DNA from: Octopus sinensis
Lineage: Eukaryota
DNA: 64,000 nucleotides
Reading direction: 5' to 3'
Assembly (NCBI RefSeq): GCF_006345805.1
Contig: NC_043000.1
Location: forward strand, 151,404,001 to 151,468,000
Part shown: positions 39,721 through 53,749 of the stretch, piece by piece
Numbering within the stretch: position 1 is the stretch's first letter
Layout: each line of letters begins with the position of its first letter
The notes under the pieces: model-generated
Told to the model about the DNA's origin: nothing
Database searches by the model: none
Seen by the model: the letters and a program-made list of their open reading frames with translations, nothing else
Made by a program: the position numbers and the translations under genes

Positions 39721-40827
39721 TGCAGACAGTCTTCGAATGCCGTATGGTATCACTCAGGCAACATCAGCAGCAAAAATAAATACATACATGCCGTGCTGAA
39801 AAGTGAAGTAACATTGTACGAGTTGTCAGTGAGTTCCTGAAGAAGCACTCTCTTCCTGATAATCTCTTATACAGCCCCAAAACAGCTGAGCTCTCTTACC
39901 TCAGAGAAGACCGGGATGGAATGCACTCGGCATACAAAAAAAAATGACTATGCATAGGTATATTGCCCGGCAGCTTGAAGAAGACAGTAGAAATGACACT
40001 AAGCGCAGCCTCTCTTGGACACAAGACCACTACATCACATCACGCGTTTGCAATCCAGGAAGAGGAGATTGCCACAAAGGTACCTGGTGAACAAGAGAGA
40101 CAGTGACGCTCTTGTAATCCCAAGGTGCAACCACATGTGTAGGCTATGTCATGTTTCTGTGAAAGACATCACGCATGTGATTAGCAGCTGTCCTAAAATG
40201 TAGTCACGGTACTACCTTCCTGTGCGGCATGATGTTGTTGCTAAAACAATTTACAATCCGCAAGAAAGACTGTCCTGAAATAACTTAGAAAATCCTTCTG
40301 TTATGGAATACATTCATAAACACCAACTCAAGGAATACTGGTGGAATATTCCCATCAAAACATCTGTCAAATGTAAACATAACAGACCGGATATTGTTGT
40401 TTGGGACTGAGGGGCAAAGGTATGTACCATCATAGAGGTCAGCTGCCCTGTAGATATAAACATCTATTTGAAAATCAAAAAAAAAAAGAGGATATCTATG
40501 GACAACTGCTTTGAAACCTCCAGCTTCTATATCCAGACTATGAATTCATACTCATACCAATAATAATTGGTGCACTAGGTTTTGTTAGTAAATGCTTAAA
40601 GTATAATCTGGATAAACTGGGATTTTCAGAAAGAGAAATTGTCCGGCTAATTCGTACATTACAAGTGCAATCTATGAGTGGAACAGTAAAAATATGCAAG
40701 ACTTTTCTCAGTTTCCAAATGTGAATTTGTCTGTGTTAACTACATTCTGAAGATGGAGCCTTGTATTTTTGTTGGAAACCGGCTCCCTCCCCGGTGGAAG
40801 ATTTATAATAACTAAAAAATATAAGAG
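39721..40827 (+). mobile_element. 5'-truncated R4-like RLE retrotransposon flanked by (CATA)n
   Basis: AIQEEEIAT, CRLC..THVISSC (CCHC, 40138), RHDVVAK, NRPDIVVWD (40381), EVSCP, IPIIIGALG and GTVKICKTFLSFQM* (stop at 40724). Confidence 0.92.
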
Positions 40828-41105
40828 ACATACATACATACAACATACATACATACATACATACATACATACATACATACATACACATGCATACAAATGT
40901 GTCTGTGTGTATGTGTGTACTTGTCATTTTCAAGTAGAAATAAAAAGTATTGAACAGCATATCTATTATCAAACCGCCTTTCTTGCCAGAGAAACTCTTC
41001 TCCATCGCGACAGATAACGGCAACCTTCATAAGTAAGGTTATTCCAGAGAGAACAATTCTTGATATTTATCACATTCTTTATACATTACATGTCCTTGTA
41101 ACTGA

Positions 41106-41150
<45 letters not shown>

Positions 41151-41960
41151 ATATGACACACTTACCTCAAGGATAAAAAATACATCTTATTTTGTCAGTT
41201 AACACTTCAGTGTCCCTGAGAAACACTGAATTAGTCTTAAGTAACTAGGAACCTATTAATACTATTCTGCATTATCCTGCCTACATTCACGCGTGTATTC
41301 GAATGTTACGCCATAAGTATCCTTAACTATGAAACGAAATCGAGGACATAACCGAAAATTTTAACATAATGAATCAATATTATTATCTATAGATTTATGC
41401 ATCATAATAGAAGTTTGAAGCTTTCTAAAACGTTGGAAACTAAGAGAGTGAGAAAATGTTTATGAACAACTAAGGAGACACAATGTTTGTAACTGTGGAG
41501 ACGCGGGTGTTTGCTTTTGTAACGAAATGTCTGGAAAGCAATCTTGAATAAAATGAGTCTTACAAAGATCAAGTGGAATCTATTGATTAGCACGATGTGT
41601 GATGATGGTGCCAAGTCTGGGGAAAACTGTTTAATATGTAAAACATTCCATATATTTAGTTTCTAAGTTATCCAAATTCGTGTCCATAGAAAGGAACTTT
41701 GCTACTTAGCAAACAGCTTTTATTGAATTAAATGGAAATTAAGTTTAGAGTTTAAACATACATGCATACATACATACATACATGCATACATACATACATA
41801 CATACATACATACATACATACATACATACATACATGCATACATACATACATACAAGCAGCCATACATACTTATACACACACACATAAACACCACATGTAC
41901 ACACATACGGAATCATACATATACGTAAACATGGTACACAGATTTATGCAATCAATAAAG

Positions 41961-41997
<37 letters not shown>

Positions 41998-42497
41998 CAT
42001 AAATGCGTAACAAAAACGGCGGAAGGCCAAAGTGCGAAGAATATGGAATTACTATGATATTAATGAAATATTACGGAACATTTCAATTAAATCTTTACTG
42101 AATGTAAATATAAAGATCTTATATTGTTCTCTGAAAACAAGATTTGTGAAGATGTGAATGTCTTGTCTGTAGTTTAGTTCAAGTAGATCCTATGCGACCA
42201 ATTAACGAGGATACCTACAGATTTTACAGCCTGACTGACCTTAGCTTCTCGATTATATTTATAATCACCGATGCATCAAGCTTAAATAACAAAAGAATGA
42301 CCAAGTAATGTTGCAATGCTGGAGTTTCTTTAATCACGAACATACAAATATAATTTGCATCATCCAGATCTAATAAATGCAGGGAACTAATTATATGTAA
42401 AAAGGAAAAATACCATTAATTTAAAATCAATTGAAAGGGAATATACTTGCGAGACCATTGATGTATTCACACATTCTAAACTCCATAAATGTTACCT

Positions 42498-42733
42498 ATT
42501 TCTTTACTACCCACAAGGGGCTAAACACAGAGAGGACAAACAAGGACAGACAAACGCCGGATTAAGTCGATTACATCGACCCCAGTGCGTAACTGGTACT
42601 TTATTTATCGACCCCGAAAAGATGAAAGGCAAAGTCGACCTCGGCGGAATTTGAACTCAGAACGTTACGGCAGACGAAATACGGCTACGCATTTCGCCCG
42701 GCGCGCTAACGTGTCTGCCAGCTCGCCGCCTTT
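42498..42733 (-). mobile_element. SINE family B monomer
   Basis: Perfect 21-bp TSD TAAACTCCATAAATGTTACCT at 42477-42497 and 42734-42754. Confidence 0.95.
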
Positions 42734-43434
42734 TAAACTCCATAAATGTTACCTGTACCAGAAACACATTGGAGTCTGTTATTTGACTGTTATTCGCCCC
42801 CAAAATACCTGGCTTTGTGCCTTCGTAAGTGAATATTAAACAAAGCAATTTTCAAGGGAAAATTTTGTATAGTCCAATAACTTCAGCCTTAGTATATTGC
42901 TAGTATTTATTTTTCGAAGTCAGGCGAAAGGAAAGCAATGTTTATCGAAGCGAAGTTTAAACTCATTCGCATAGAAATATTACTCGGAAATTTTATTGCT
43001 TGTAATAAGGATTTATTCAACAGAGTCTCAATGCCAATAGTTTAGATTATGAATGAAACTGGACGTTCATGTTTTCCCTTTTGGCCTAATTACCATTTGC
43101 ACATATGGTTGTGTGACTCAGAAATTCATTTTGCAGCTATGTGGTTTCAAATTCAGTCGCACAGCGCGGCACGTTGCGTGTTTTCTATCGTAGCCTCAGA
43201 GAATCAAAGCCTTTTGACCATTCGTCTCATAATTTTGTAGACAGACTCAGTGTAGAAACCCGGTGGTAGGACTTGTGATAATTTCGGATTTCGACACAAG
43301 AGTACAAATTTGAAATGAAGCTTTATCGTCATCTGAATTTACCCGAGTATATTACTGTTTCTTATTTTATCAAGTTGGAATGAAAAGTAAAGCAAATGCA
43401 GACGACCGACGGAAAGAGTTGTGACTAAATATTG

Positions 43435-44373
43435 TTTTCAAATTTGGCACAAGGTCAGCAAGTTCGTGGAGGGGATAAGTCGATTAAATCGACTCCAGTG
43501 CTCAACTGGTACTTATTTCATCGACTCGACCTCGAAACGATGGAAAGCAAAGTCGACCTCAGCAGAATTTAAACTCAGAATATAAAGACGTGCTAAGAAT
43601 ATAATATATAAGAATATAAGAATATAAGAATGCTAAGAATATAAGAATATAAAGATGTACTAAGTATTTTGCCCGGTGTGCTAACGATTCAAAGCATTTA
43701 GTCCGCACGCTGTCGTTTATGCCACTCGACTCTCATTTTATTTCATCCAACATTAATTCCATATGTAGACCATATAATTCCATACGTACACATGAATAGG
43801 GATTGATGTAAACTACCTTTTCTCATATGTAGACACACATTTGAAGGAAGGTGATTGACTATATCGATTTATAGTACTTGAGTGATTATATTTTATAAGG
43901 AGCCCAAAAGGATAAATATATACTACCGATTCGTCATCCACGCCATCTTCATTTTAACATTATAATTATTAAGGTGTCTAACATAGGCAAAAGGCCAGGG
44001 ATTTGGAGTAGAATGGGAGTAGAACTTGAGAAGTACTTTGTTCTATCAAAATCAGAGGAATTAAACACAACGATAATCTTGACAGAATTTGCAAGATATT
44101 TTCAGGCGCCCTAACGATTCTACCAATGCACAGACGTTTGAAACAATAATAATAATAATAATAATCCTTTCTACTAAAGGCACAGGGCTGAAATTTTGGT
44201 GGGAGATGACTAGTCGATTACATCGACACCAGTGTTTACTGGTACTTAATTTATAGACTCCTCAAGGATGGAAGGCAAAGTCGACTTCGGTGAAATTTGA
44301 ACACAGAACGTAAAGACGGGCGAAATGCCGCCGAGCATTTTGCCCGGCGTGCTAACGCTTCAGTAAGCTCACC

Positions 44374-44414
<41 letters not shown>

Positions 44415-44881
44415 GATAATTATTATGATGATGATGATGATGATAATAATAAATATGGAATGGTATAATGCCATTTTTAAGGCGGCGAGTTGGCAGAAAC
44501 GTTAGCACGCCGGGCGAAATGCTTAGCGGTATTTTGTCTGCCGCTACGTTCTGAGTTCAAATTCCGCCGAGGTCGACTTTGCCTTTCATCCTTTCGGGGT
44601 CGATAAATTAAGTACCAGTTACGCACTGGGGTCAATGTAATCGACTTTATACCTATGTCTGTCCTTGTTTGTCCCCTCTATGTTTAGCCCCTCGTGGGTA
44701 ATAAAGAAATAGGTATTTCGTCTGAGTTCAAATTCCGGCGAGGTCAACTTTGCCTTTCATCCTTTCGGGGTCGATTAAATAAGTACCGGTTACGCACTGG
44801 GGTCGGTATAATCGACTTAATCCTGTTTGTCCTTGTTTGTCCTCTCTGTGTTTAACCCCTTGTGAGTAGTAAAGAAATAGG
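43435..44881. mobile_element. Cluster of family-B SINEs: 43435-43690 (-), 44165-44375 (-) and 44478-44881 (+, dimer)
   Basis: Core matches. The last copy has TSD GGTATAATG(C/T)CATTTTT. Confidence 0.88.
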
Positions 44882-46288
44882 TATAATGTCATTTTTTTTT
44901 CTTGTGAAAACTTCTGGAGGATTTTGTTTTTTTCTACTACATTGCTGTCAGTTTGGCTTAAAAAAAATATGAAGTGGATTGAACAGAGTTTCACACTCTT
45001 TGTAGTGTTCAGTATAAAACATTATCTAGGTATAATTATGTTTTTAGGTGTAGGGTTGGCTGTTAGGTAACATTCATGTTTTTCCTGAGGACATTAATAC
45101 TGAAAACAATGTGAAAAGAATTTGGTTAGTAATTCAAGCTGTGTTCAAATCTTGGCTTACAAGATGCTTACTTGCCTGCGCCGTGTTATACACCACACTA
45201 GACCGAAAAAAAATCAAGCATTTCAGAATCTAATAAGCAGTTTGTTATACAAAGTTTCGCGTAAATTCTAAGTTTACCACTGTTATATAAACTCTGCTCC
45301 TTTTGACTTGGCACAATAACAGTCGTTTTAGGGAATGGCGATAATCGATTCAATTAGCTCAAGAATATTATCCGGATATACTGTTAGTAACCGCTGAAGA
45401 AATGAAAGCAAAATAAAACCTAGCGAGATTTGAACACTGAAATTGGTAGTGCTATATCAAATAACTCGACTCTCCTTCATTTCTATCAACTCGCTCTGCT
45501 CAGTTTTTGCATAATGTTAATTGGTACTCATCCACTTTAACACACGCGCATGCACACACACACACACACACACACAGAGAGACACACACACATTCATACG
45601 TACATACATACCTCGTACGTGCGTACGTACATACATACATGCATATGTACATACATACATACATGCATACATACATTCATACATACATACATGCATGCAT
45701 GCATACACACACACACACACACACACACATACATACGTACGTACGTACGTACGTACGTACGTACATACATACATACATACATACATACATACATACATAC
45801 ATACATGCATGCATGCATGCATGCATGTGTGTGTGTGTGCACATACTTAAAGTGCTTCTGGTTGTATCATATTTTTGTTAACGTTTTCTTTACACAACGC
45901 GAAATCACTCCAATACCCAACCTCAAATTAGAGACTTCCAAAAGTCTCAACCAACCACGCCATTGGTTCCCGAGTTCTGATTTCGATTCTAGCTTCTTGT
46001 CAGCGTTGGTTCGCAACAGTCCCTCTCACATCAAATACCTCATGTAGCAGCATCTACCCTTAGGTAGGTCTCTTATTCCACCGAGTAAGATTCCCGATAA
46101 CGATAGTAAAATCCTCTACAGAAACTTTTACTGTTCTCTTATTCTGATTCACAATCTCTCTTCCCTTCCGTAAATCCTAAACACTCTTACTTCAAATGAA
46201 TAAATCTGTCGTTGTGGTCATATAATCGAAACACTCTTATGGAATGGATCATTCAAAAGAATGTTGCATTCTACTAGTTTAGTTTTCA

Positions 46289-46641
46289 GCACTCCGTCGG
46301 TTACGACGACGAGGGTTCAGGTTGATCCGATCAACGGAACAGCCTGCTCGTGAAATTAACGACACGTGCACCCTTAACGCAGTTCTCAGGGATATTCAGC
46401 GTGATACAGAGAGTGACAAGGCCGGCCCTTTGAAATACAGGTACAACAGAAACAGGAAGTAAGAGTGAGAGAAAGTTATGGTGAAAGAGTACAGCAGGAA
46501 TCACCACCATCCCCTGCCGGAGCCTCGTGGAGCTGTAGGTGTTTTCGCTCAATAAACACTCACAACGCCCGGTCTGGGAATCGAAACCGCGATCCTATGA
46601 CCGCGAGTCCGCTGCCCTAACCACTGGGCCATTGCGCCTCC
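46289..46641 (-). mobile_element. SINE family C
   Basis: Reverse complement of the 36218 copy with a small deletion. Confidence 0.92.
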
Positions 46642-46979
46642 TTCAGTAACTTATACTGAACTAGTAACAAAACACTTTCCGACAAAGATAAATATATTCG
46701 TAGTACTGCTGATTATCCAAGGTGATTTGATATGCTTCTAGCTTAAAATCTACTGATTGTATTTAGTAAAATACAGACAAAAGTTCAATATTTTATACAC
46801 TAAAACTAGTACACATTAAACTTCGTTTTCCTGTAACGTTATATCAATCAAACACCAACAGCAAAAATAAAATTGCTATTGATTTGTTTTAAAGCTGAAG
46901 AATATTTTGAAATTTACTTACGCTAATAGGATTTCTTTTACCTGCAAAATATCATGGTAAAATATTTTAATTAAATACA

Positions 46980-47900
46980 TTTTCTACATTATAAACGAAT
47001 GAAAACGATATTTATAATTGAAGTGAAATCTAGTTAAATGAAAATTGGGCGGCTCGGCTCTGGAGTTAAAACAATGATACTGAAAGGATAATGAATGGCA
47101 GCTTTCAAATAACCGAAGTTTCTTGGAAAATGGAAGCATTGATTTGTGTATAGCTTCTTTAGTTAACAAAGAGAATACATAATAAATAACAAAACGATTT
47201 AATGTCTTGGCTTTTGCAAACAAAAATAATGTTTTTTTATTGGTGTTCTTTTCTTCTTTTCATGCTATTCATCATAATCCATCGTTTGCACTATACAACT
47301 ACAACGTAAAAGATCTATTTGTGCTGGCATGGCGAATAATCATACTTGAACAATCCATCAAGCTGCTTTCTACAAAGCTGCTTTATATGTAATAACAACA
47401 TTGGATATATTCAGACGACATGTTTCTATCATTTTTGTACCTGCCTTCTGCCACCATAGTCTGAACTCCATTAATAACGAACCTTAGTTTAGTCCTCTTT
47501 AATAACGTAAACCAAAATTTATATAATCTGCAAAGACACCATCTGGCATGGTTTCTTTTCAAGAGTTCTTTCACTTCGATATTTCTTTACTTCATCAAAT
47601 AATATTTCGAAATATTAAGGTGTTTTAGAAGAATATAGTTTTACAAATATTTTGTTCGTATAATCTGGATTTTCCCTGTTATTTGGTTTTTATTCTTTCT
47701 TCATACTGAATTCAAGTTTGCTCATATCCCTCTTTTAACTAAAACGTGTGTGTAATTTTCACCTAGTGCAGTAGTCCTTTTGAAATTTTCCTCTCACTAT
47801 AGCCGCAGATGCTATTTCTTTTCGTTGTAGTTGATTACCATAAAAATGTTATTAATATGAAGTCTTGTCGAGAACCGTTTTGTCGGAGCTGTTATGATTA
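46980..47900 (-). pseudogene. Possible very decayed hAT transposase fragment
   Basis: FVINGVQTMVAE resembles TTDGAPAMVG and is followed by QCCYYI..QLC where HCxxH is expected. Weak. Confidence 0.3.
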
Positions 47901-48828
47901 ATTTTGTTCAAAATGTTCGCTGTTTGCATTGAACACAGTATATACACACGTAAAGCTTAAAACTCATCATATATTTATTTACAAGCGCAGAAGAAACACA
48001 AAACGAATAAGAAATCTTTGTTGTTTAATCGAAATGTCGTTTTTATAAAACTTGTTCCGCTAAAAGAAAAAAAAATATCAACAGCTGTGGTTTTAACCAT
48101 ATTCCTGTTCCGTTAAAATAAAAATAGAATGATATATAGACATTTTAAGAGACCCACTTGAGCACTGGTAGCCGTCTATTGACGGACTTACATAATAATC
48201 GATCAATACTTACAACCACGAACTTTTGTTTTAGATATATCCCATTAATATTCTTTTTTATTTACCATTAATATTTCTTTCTTATATTTATCATTTATGT
48301 CTATCGTAATGGAAAAGGATTAAGACCTTCTATTTGCAGAATGTCATAGACGTTTCTAAATCGCATCGCCTTTCTAAATAAAGAGCCTTTGAGCAATAGA
48401 AAAGTAAAATGAATCGATGAATCAGAACTTTCCGGTTTTTTTCTTCTTCCTTTTATGAGTGGATTGGCGACTTTAATAATTTTTACACAAGCACACACAC
48501 ACACACACACACACACACTCGCACGCACGCATGCACACATACATACATACATGTATACATACATACATACATACATACATACATAACACACACACATACA
48601 TGCATACATACATACATACATACATACATAACACACATACATACATACATAACACACATACATACATACATACATAACACACATACATACATACATACAT
48701 ACATGCATGCATACATACATACATACATACATAACACACATACATACATGCATACATACATGCATACATACATACATACATACATAACACACATACATGC
48801 ATACATACATACATACATGCATATATAC

Positions 48829-48905
<77 letters not shown>

Positions 48906-49201
48906 TTCGAAAGTTACTCAAGTTGCCAATCCATTTATGAAAGAATGGAAAATAATACGAAAATTCTGATTACATCGATGCACAGATAGACGTCGATCGT
49001 GTGTGTGTGTGTACAAGAAACAAAATAATAATATTAATTCGTTTTTTATTAGCTACAAGAGTTTGGTGCATACTTACAATAAACTTTTAAACAGAGGATT
49101 ACAAAACATGCGAACCGGACAAGACAAACTATTTATAAATGCAAGTGGTAAGAATTTTACCGTACCACATTATTCCGACTCTTTCACGGCTCTTCCAGTT
49201 C

Positions 49202-49245
<44 letters not shown>

Positions 49246-49432
49246 GGAGAGAAAGAGTGGGGGTAAGTGACAATGCACGAAACTCTCAGCCTTTGATTCA
49301 CTCTGTAACTTTTACCAATCAAATAATATATATATATATATATTATATATATATTATATATATATATATATATACTACTCTTCTGTCTTTGAAAACATCT
49401 TTCTTCACCCTTTTCCTTCCGGTCTTTCAAAA

Positions 49433-49630
49433 TGTGACCCCGTGTGTACCGTTGGCGATTTTTTTCCCTCTGTCTTCCTTCTCTGGATCTTTCCTTCTCC
49501 TATGTTTCCGACGAAGTGCTCCGCTCGAAACGTTAAACCCTCCTTCTTCCTTCTTTCCTGAGCGTCCAATAATACTATATTTGTTCCACGTCCTCGCGTT
49601 GTTGTGTTTTTTGTGCTTTCTTGTTTGGAT

Positions 49631-49634
<4 letters not shown>
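49433..49634 (+). mobile_element. ~205-bp hammerhead-bearing short element, copy 3
   Basis: HHR at 49504-49538. Confidence 0.85.
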
Positions 49635-49675
<41 letters not shown>

Positions 49676-49682
<7 letters not shown>

Positions 49683-49931
49683 ATTATATAGAGGGCATTA
49701 TTACACATAAATGCCTCACACTAAGAGGGACATAAGTCATTACTACCAAAATTTCACTTATGTCCCTCTTAGTGTGAGGCATTTATGTGTAATAACGCCC
49801 TCTATATAATATAAATTAATATGTTCAAAAGAAAAAATTATTTTCGAATTTTTCTCTTATGAGGTTTTTCACGCTAACTACCTGATAATTTCTTGTTAAG
49901 ATTCCTTATTAAGAAGTTATCCTTAATTGTT

Positions 49932-49936
<5 letters not shown>
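49676..49936 (+). mobile_element. Penelope-like fold-back terminus in (TA)n
   Basis: Near-perfect ~60-bp hairpin at 49676-49817. The tail CTTATGAGGTTTTTCACGC is shared with 29658-29730. Confidence 0.75.
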
Positions 49937-50002
<66 letters not shown>

Positions 50003-50429
50003 TGTGCGATACTAACAACCTGGTGTTAAACTCAGTATACGTATGCTTCAGAACGAAATGTTAGTGGCGTACAGAGCGATAATAAGAAAGTGAGATGACA
50101 AGTGAATAAACGATTATCTTATGCGAATTTCATGAAGTTCATAAGATGGGTATAGTTCTAGAAAAATTCTTGAGACAGTCACAACATTTCAAGAAAATTA
50201 TTAATTATGCTCAAAATATCTTAATATAAAACAGACTGACACAATCTTATGACCTTATGAAAGAAATTTCAGTGTTATATTAAGCGCTTTCGCTGTTTTC
50301 AGCTTTTCAGACTCACATATTATAAGGTACCGGATAACTTATTTCCATAAGAGTTTTGTCATTCTGTTTTTCTTTTTAAAGATGTTTTTTATACATTTGA
50401 TAATTTTTGATTTAAGAGAACCTTATATA

Positions 50430-50648
50430 CACGAGGGGGTGCTGAAAAGTCCTTTGCTTTAAGGGAGTCTAGAAAGGCATGGTTGGAGGCCTAATCTTCC
50501 GAGTTCTTTAACAGAGCTTAGAAAAAATGAAGGACCACTGCAATAAGTGTGTGAATCTGAGAGAGGAATATGTTGAACGAAATCATAATTAAGTGATCCT
50601 CCTGCATTTTCATTTACCCAAAGTCGGGAACTTTTCAGCACCACCTTA
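50430..50648 (+). mobile_element. Mariner MITE
   Basis: TIRs GGGGTGCTGAAAAGT / ACTTTTCAGCACCAC with TA flanks. Retains the transposase C-terminus NKCVNLREEYVE. Confidence 0.85.
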
Positions 50649-50660
50649 TATATACATATT

Positions 50661-51055
50661 TACTCTTTTACTTGTTTCAGACTGTGACCATGCTGGAGCA
50701 TCACCTTTTTAGTCGAGCAAATCGACCCCAGGACTTATTCTTTGTAAGCCTAGTACTTATTCTATCGGTCTCTTTTTGCCGAACCGCTAAGTTACGGGGA
50801 CGTAAACACACCAGCATCGGTTGTCAAGCGATGTTGGGGGGGACAAACACAGACACACAAACATACACACACACACACATATATATATATACATATATAC
50901 GACGGGCTTCTTTCAGTTTCCATCTACCAAATCCACTCACAAGGCTTTGGTCGGCCCGAGGCTATAGTAGAAGACACTTGCCCAAGATGCCAGGAAGTGG
51001 GACTGAACCCGGAACCATGTGGTTCGTAAGCAAGCTACTTACCACACAGCCACTC
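50661..51055 (-). mobile_element. SINE family A
   Basis: Reverse-complement match to family A. Confidence 0.9.
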
Positions 51056-51092
<37 letters not shown>

Positions 51093-51684
51093 AAACAAAT
51101 ATGTCAATCGATGACAAAATGTTTTATTTCTATTTTATGTTTTTTTCTTTTTCAGTGGCCATGGGACATACAACGGCTTTCGTATTGATGTGTTACAATT
51201 GAGTACCTGTCCTGTATTGCGCCTTGATTGTAAGCTTTACTGTGCTTTGTGAATCCCAGATTGGCTGGAAAATTCCTCACCTCATAGATTGCATATCAGA
51301 TTAGCTGCTAGAAGTTGGTTCTATTCAAATTGAGGCCTTTCAACGTGATTGCGTAAGTGACTTTTGAGGCAAGTTCTGGAAAGGCAAACTTGTCCAAAAC
51401 TTGTCCACATTCATAACAATCAAAACGTTGGACTGTTGAGAAAACAGTTTCTCTTTTTTTGGCTGCTTGCTTTTCACTATCTCGCTTTTGTGTAGACTCC
51501 TGAAACTCCCTGACCCTATTGTGCGCCGGTTACTTCTGTCTGGAATTGAAGAATTTCAGTCAGTTGTTTCATGTGAGTAAAACAAAGAATTATGACATCG
51601 TTTTCTCTCGCTCAGTCCTTGTCGGAGGACAACGGAAAGCAATTTTTCCAACGTAAATTATACACTTCTCTGCAATAAATATTA

Positions 51685-52679
51685 GTTTCAAATTTTGGCA
51701 CAAGGCCAGCAAGTTCAGGGTAAGGGGTAAGTCGATTACATCGACCCCAGTACTTAACTGGCCCTTATTTTATCGACCACAAAAGGATGAAAGGCATAGT
51801 CGACCCCGGTGGAATTTGAATTCAGAACGCAAAGACGGACGAAATGCCGCCAAGCATTTTGCCCGGCGTGCTAACAATTCTGCCAGCTCGCCGCCCTTTT
51901 CTCTGCAATAAATATTAAAATTTGCAACCACGGTAATGTTATGCTGTGTGACAACCGTGGTGACAAAATGTAAAAGAAAAAATAAATAAAATAGAATAAT
52001 TCCTGAGGGAAGAGTCTAGCTTAACGGACTTGGCGGTTATGAAATCCTTATGTCAAATAAATTAATGGCACTTATATACGCAGCACTTCACATTCTCATT
52101 AGAATAGGATGGGCTAGAATTAGATGCACGACAATGGAAAATAAGAAGATGAACGTGACTTGTCAACTTTGTTTAAAGAACTTAAGTAGCTGATACATCC
52201 CAGTTGGTTAAAGTGTCATCTGACGCATGCATTATTTTCCGGATCGTGCATGTATCATGCATAGTTTTTCAGTTCTTGCTACACATATTTTTCTCGACAT
52301 CCTTTTCCGTTTCCCTAAGAGGTAGACCATAGCATAAAATATGTTGTGCACTCAACACTGGCAAATCCGCTTTCGCCTCTGATCCCTGTCTGTGGTCGTG
52401 TCAGCAAGCAACTTCATTGAATGTAATAGTTTATCAGGTTGGATTAAGACGGCGAGCTGGCAGACACGTTAGCGCTCCGGGCGAAGTGCTTAGCGGTATT
52501 TCGTCTGTCGTTACGTTCTGAGTTCAAATTCCGCCGAGGTCAACTTTGCTTTTCATCCTTTCGGGGTCGATTAAAATAAGTACCAGTTTCGCACTGGGGT
52601 CGATATAATCGACTCAATCCCTTCGTTTGTCCTTGTTTGTCCCCTCTATGTTTAGCCCCTTCTGGGCAGTAAAGAAATA
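51685..52679. mobile_element. Two family-B SINE monomers: 51685-51897 (-) and 52446-52679 (+)
   Basis: TSDs TTCTCTGCAATAAATATTA and TTTATCAGG(T/C)TGGATTAA. The two copies have different tail types. Confidence 0.9.
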
Positions 52680-53297
52680 TTTATCAGGCTGGATTAACAT
52701 TAATTTATAAAATATTTGCCTTTCAGAAAATTCCACTTACACGATCATAAAAATCAAAGAACACCGCAAAAAGTGATATAACTTTATTTTGTGATTTAAA
52801 ATAGTGGTTAGTGTAGATTTGTTTTTTTTTTTTTCGAAACATGTCCTATCAAAATTAATCTTTTTTAACGTAAAATGTTGTCAGCTGAAACTGTCTACGC
52901 TTTTATAATTAACTGTTTATTATTTATCCTATAGAGAAGATATAAAGCAGAATGGTGTCCAGTATTCATGTCTTCTGTTAATGTTTCTGTTGCTGTCTGC
53001 GCTTCACCTGCAAAAGAACGGAACTGCTTTAAAGCTAACTTTACTAAATATGGTTTTAATCCAATTACTGGCTGAATATTTCCAAAAGAAGTAAAACGTT
53101 ATGCTTCTACTTTTATTAATGGACGTATTTGTCAGTAAGCAACTAATTTCTCTGTGGACAGAAAATTAGTTTTATTTATTCATTTATTTGATGAAGCTCT
53201 GAGGAGAGTAGAAACATGTCATTTCACCAACGGAGGAATAAAACTTGTAATGGAACCACTTCCTTTATTTTTTTTCACTGCGAGTTTAATATTTGTA

Positions 53298-53719
53298 TAC
53301 TCTTTTACTCTTTTACTCTTTTACTCTTTTACTCGTTTCAGTCATTTGACTGCGGCCATGCTGGAGCACCGCCTTTAGTCGAGCAAATCGACCCCGGGAC
53401 TTATTCTTTGTAAGCCCAGTACTTATTCTATCGGTCTCTTTTGCCGAACCGCTAAGTAACGGGGACGTAAACACACCAGCATCGGTTGTCAAGCAATGCT
53501 AGGGGGACAAACACAGACACACACACACACACACTTATATATATATACATATATACGACAGGCTTCTTTCAGTTTCCGTCTACCAAATCCACTCACAAAG
53601 CATTGGTTGGCCCGGGGCTATAGCAGAAGACACTTGCCCAAGATGCCACGCAGTGGGACTGAACCCGGAACCATGTGGTTGGTTCGCAAGCTACTTACCA
53701 CACAGTCACTCCTGTGCCT
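53298..53719 (-). mobile_element. SINE family A
   Basis: Full-length reverse-complement match. Confidence 0.92.
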
Positions 53720-53749
53720 ATGTGTATGTTTATTAAAATGTTCAAAATA

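Noticed and set aside
40747-40787. CTGAAGA...GAAACCGG as a hammerhead
   Set aside because: No stem II or NUH triplet. Better explained as a GGAGCC/GGCTCC 3' hairpin of the LINE.
50672-51094. Recurring ORFs such as [22 protein letters not shown]
   Set aside because: Antisense translation of SINE family A, not a gene family.
51156-51352. Possible host exon (polypyrimidine-CAG acceptor, GTAAG donors at ~51230 and ~51353)
   Set aside because: No recognisable peptide or partner exon. RNA-seq would be needed.
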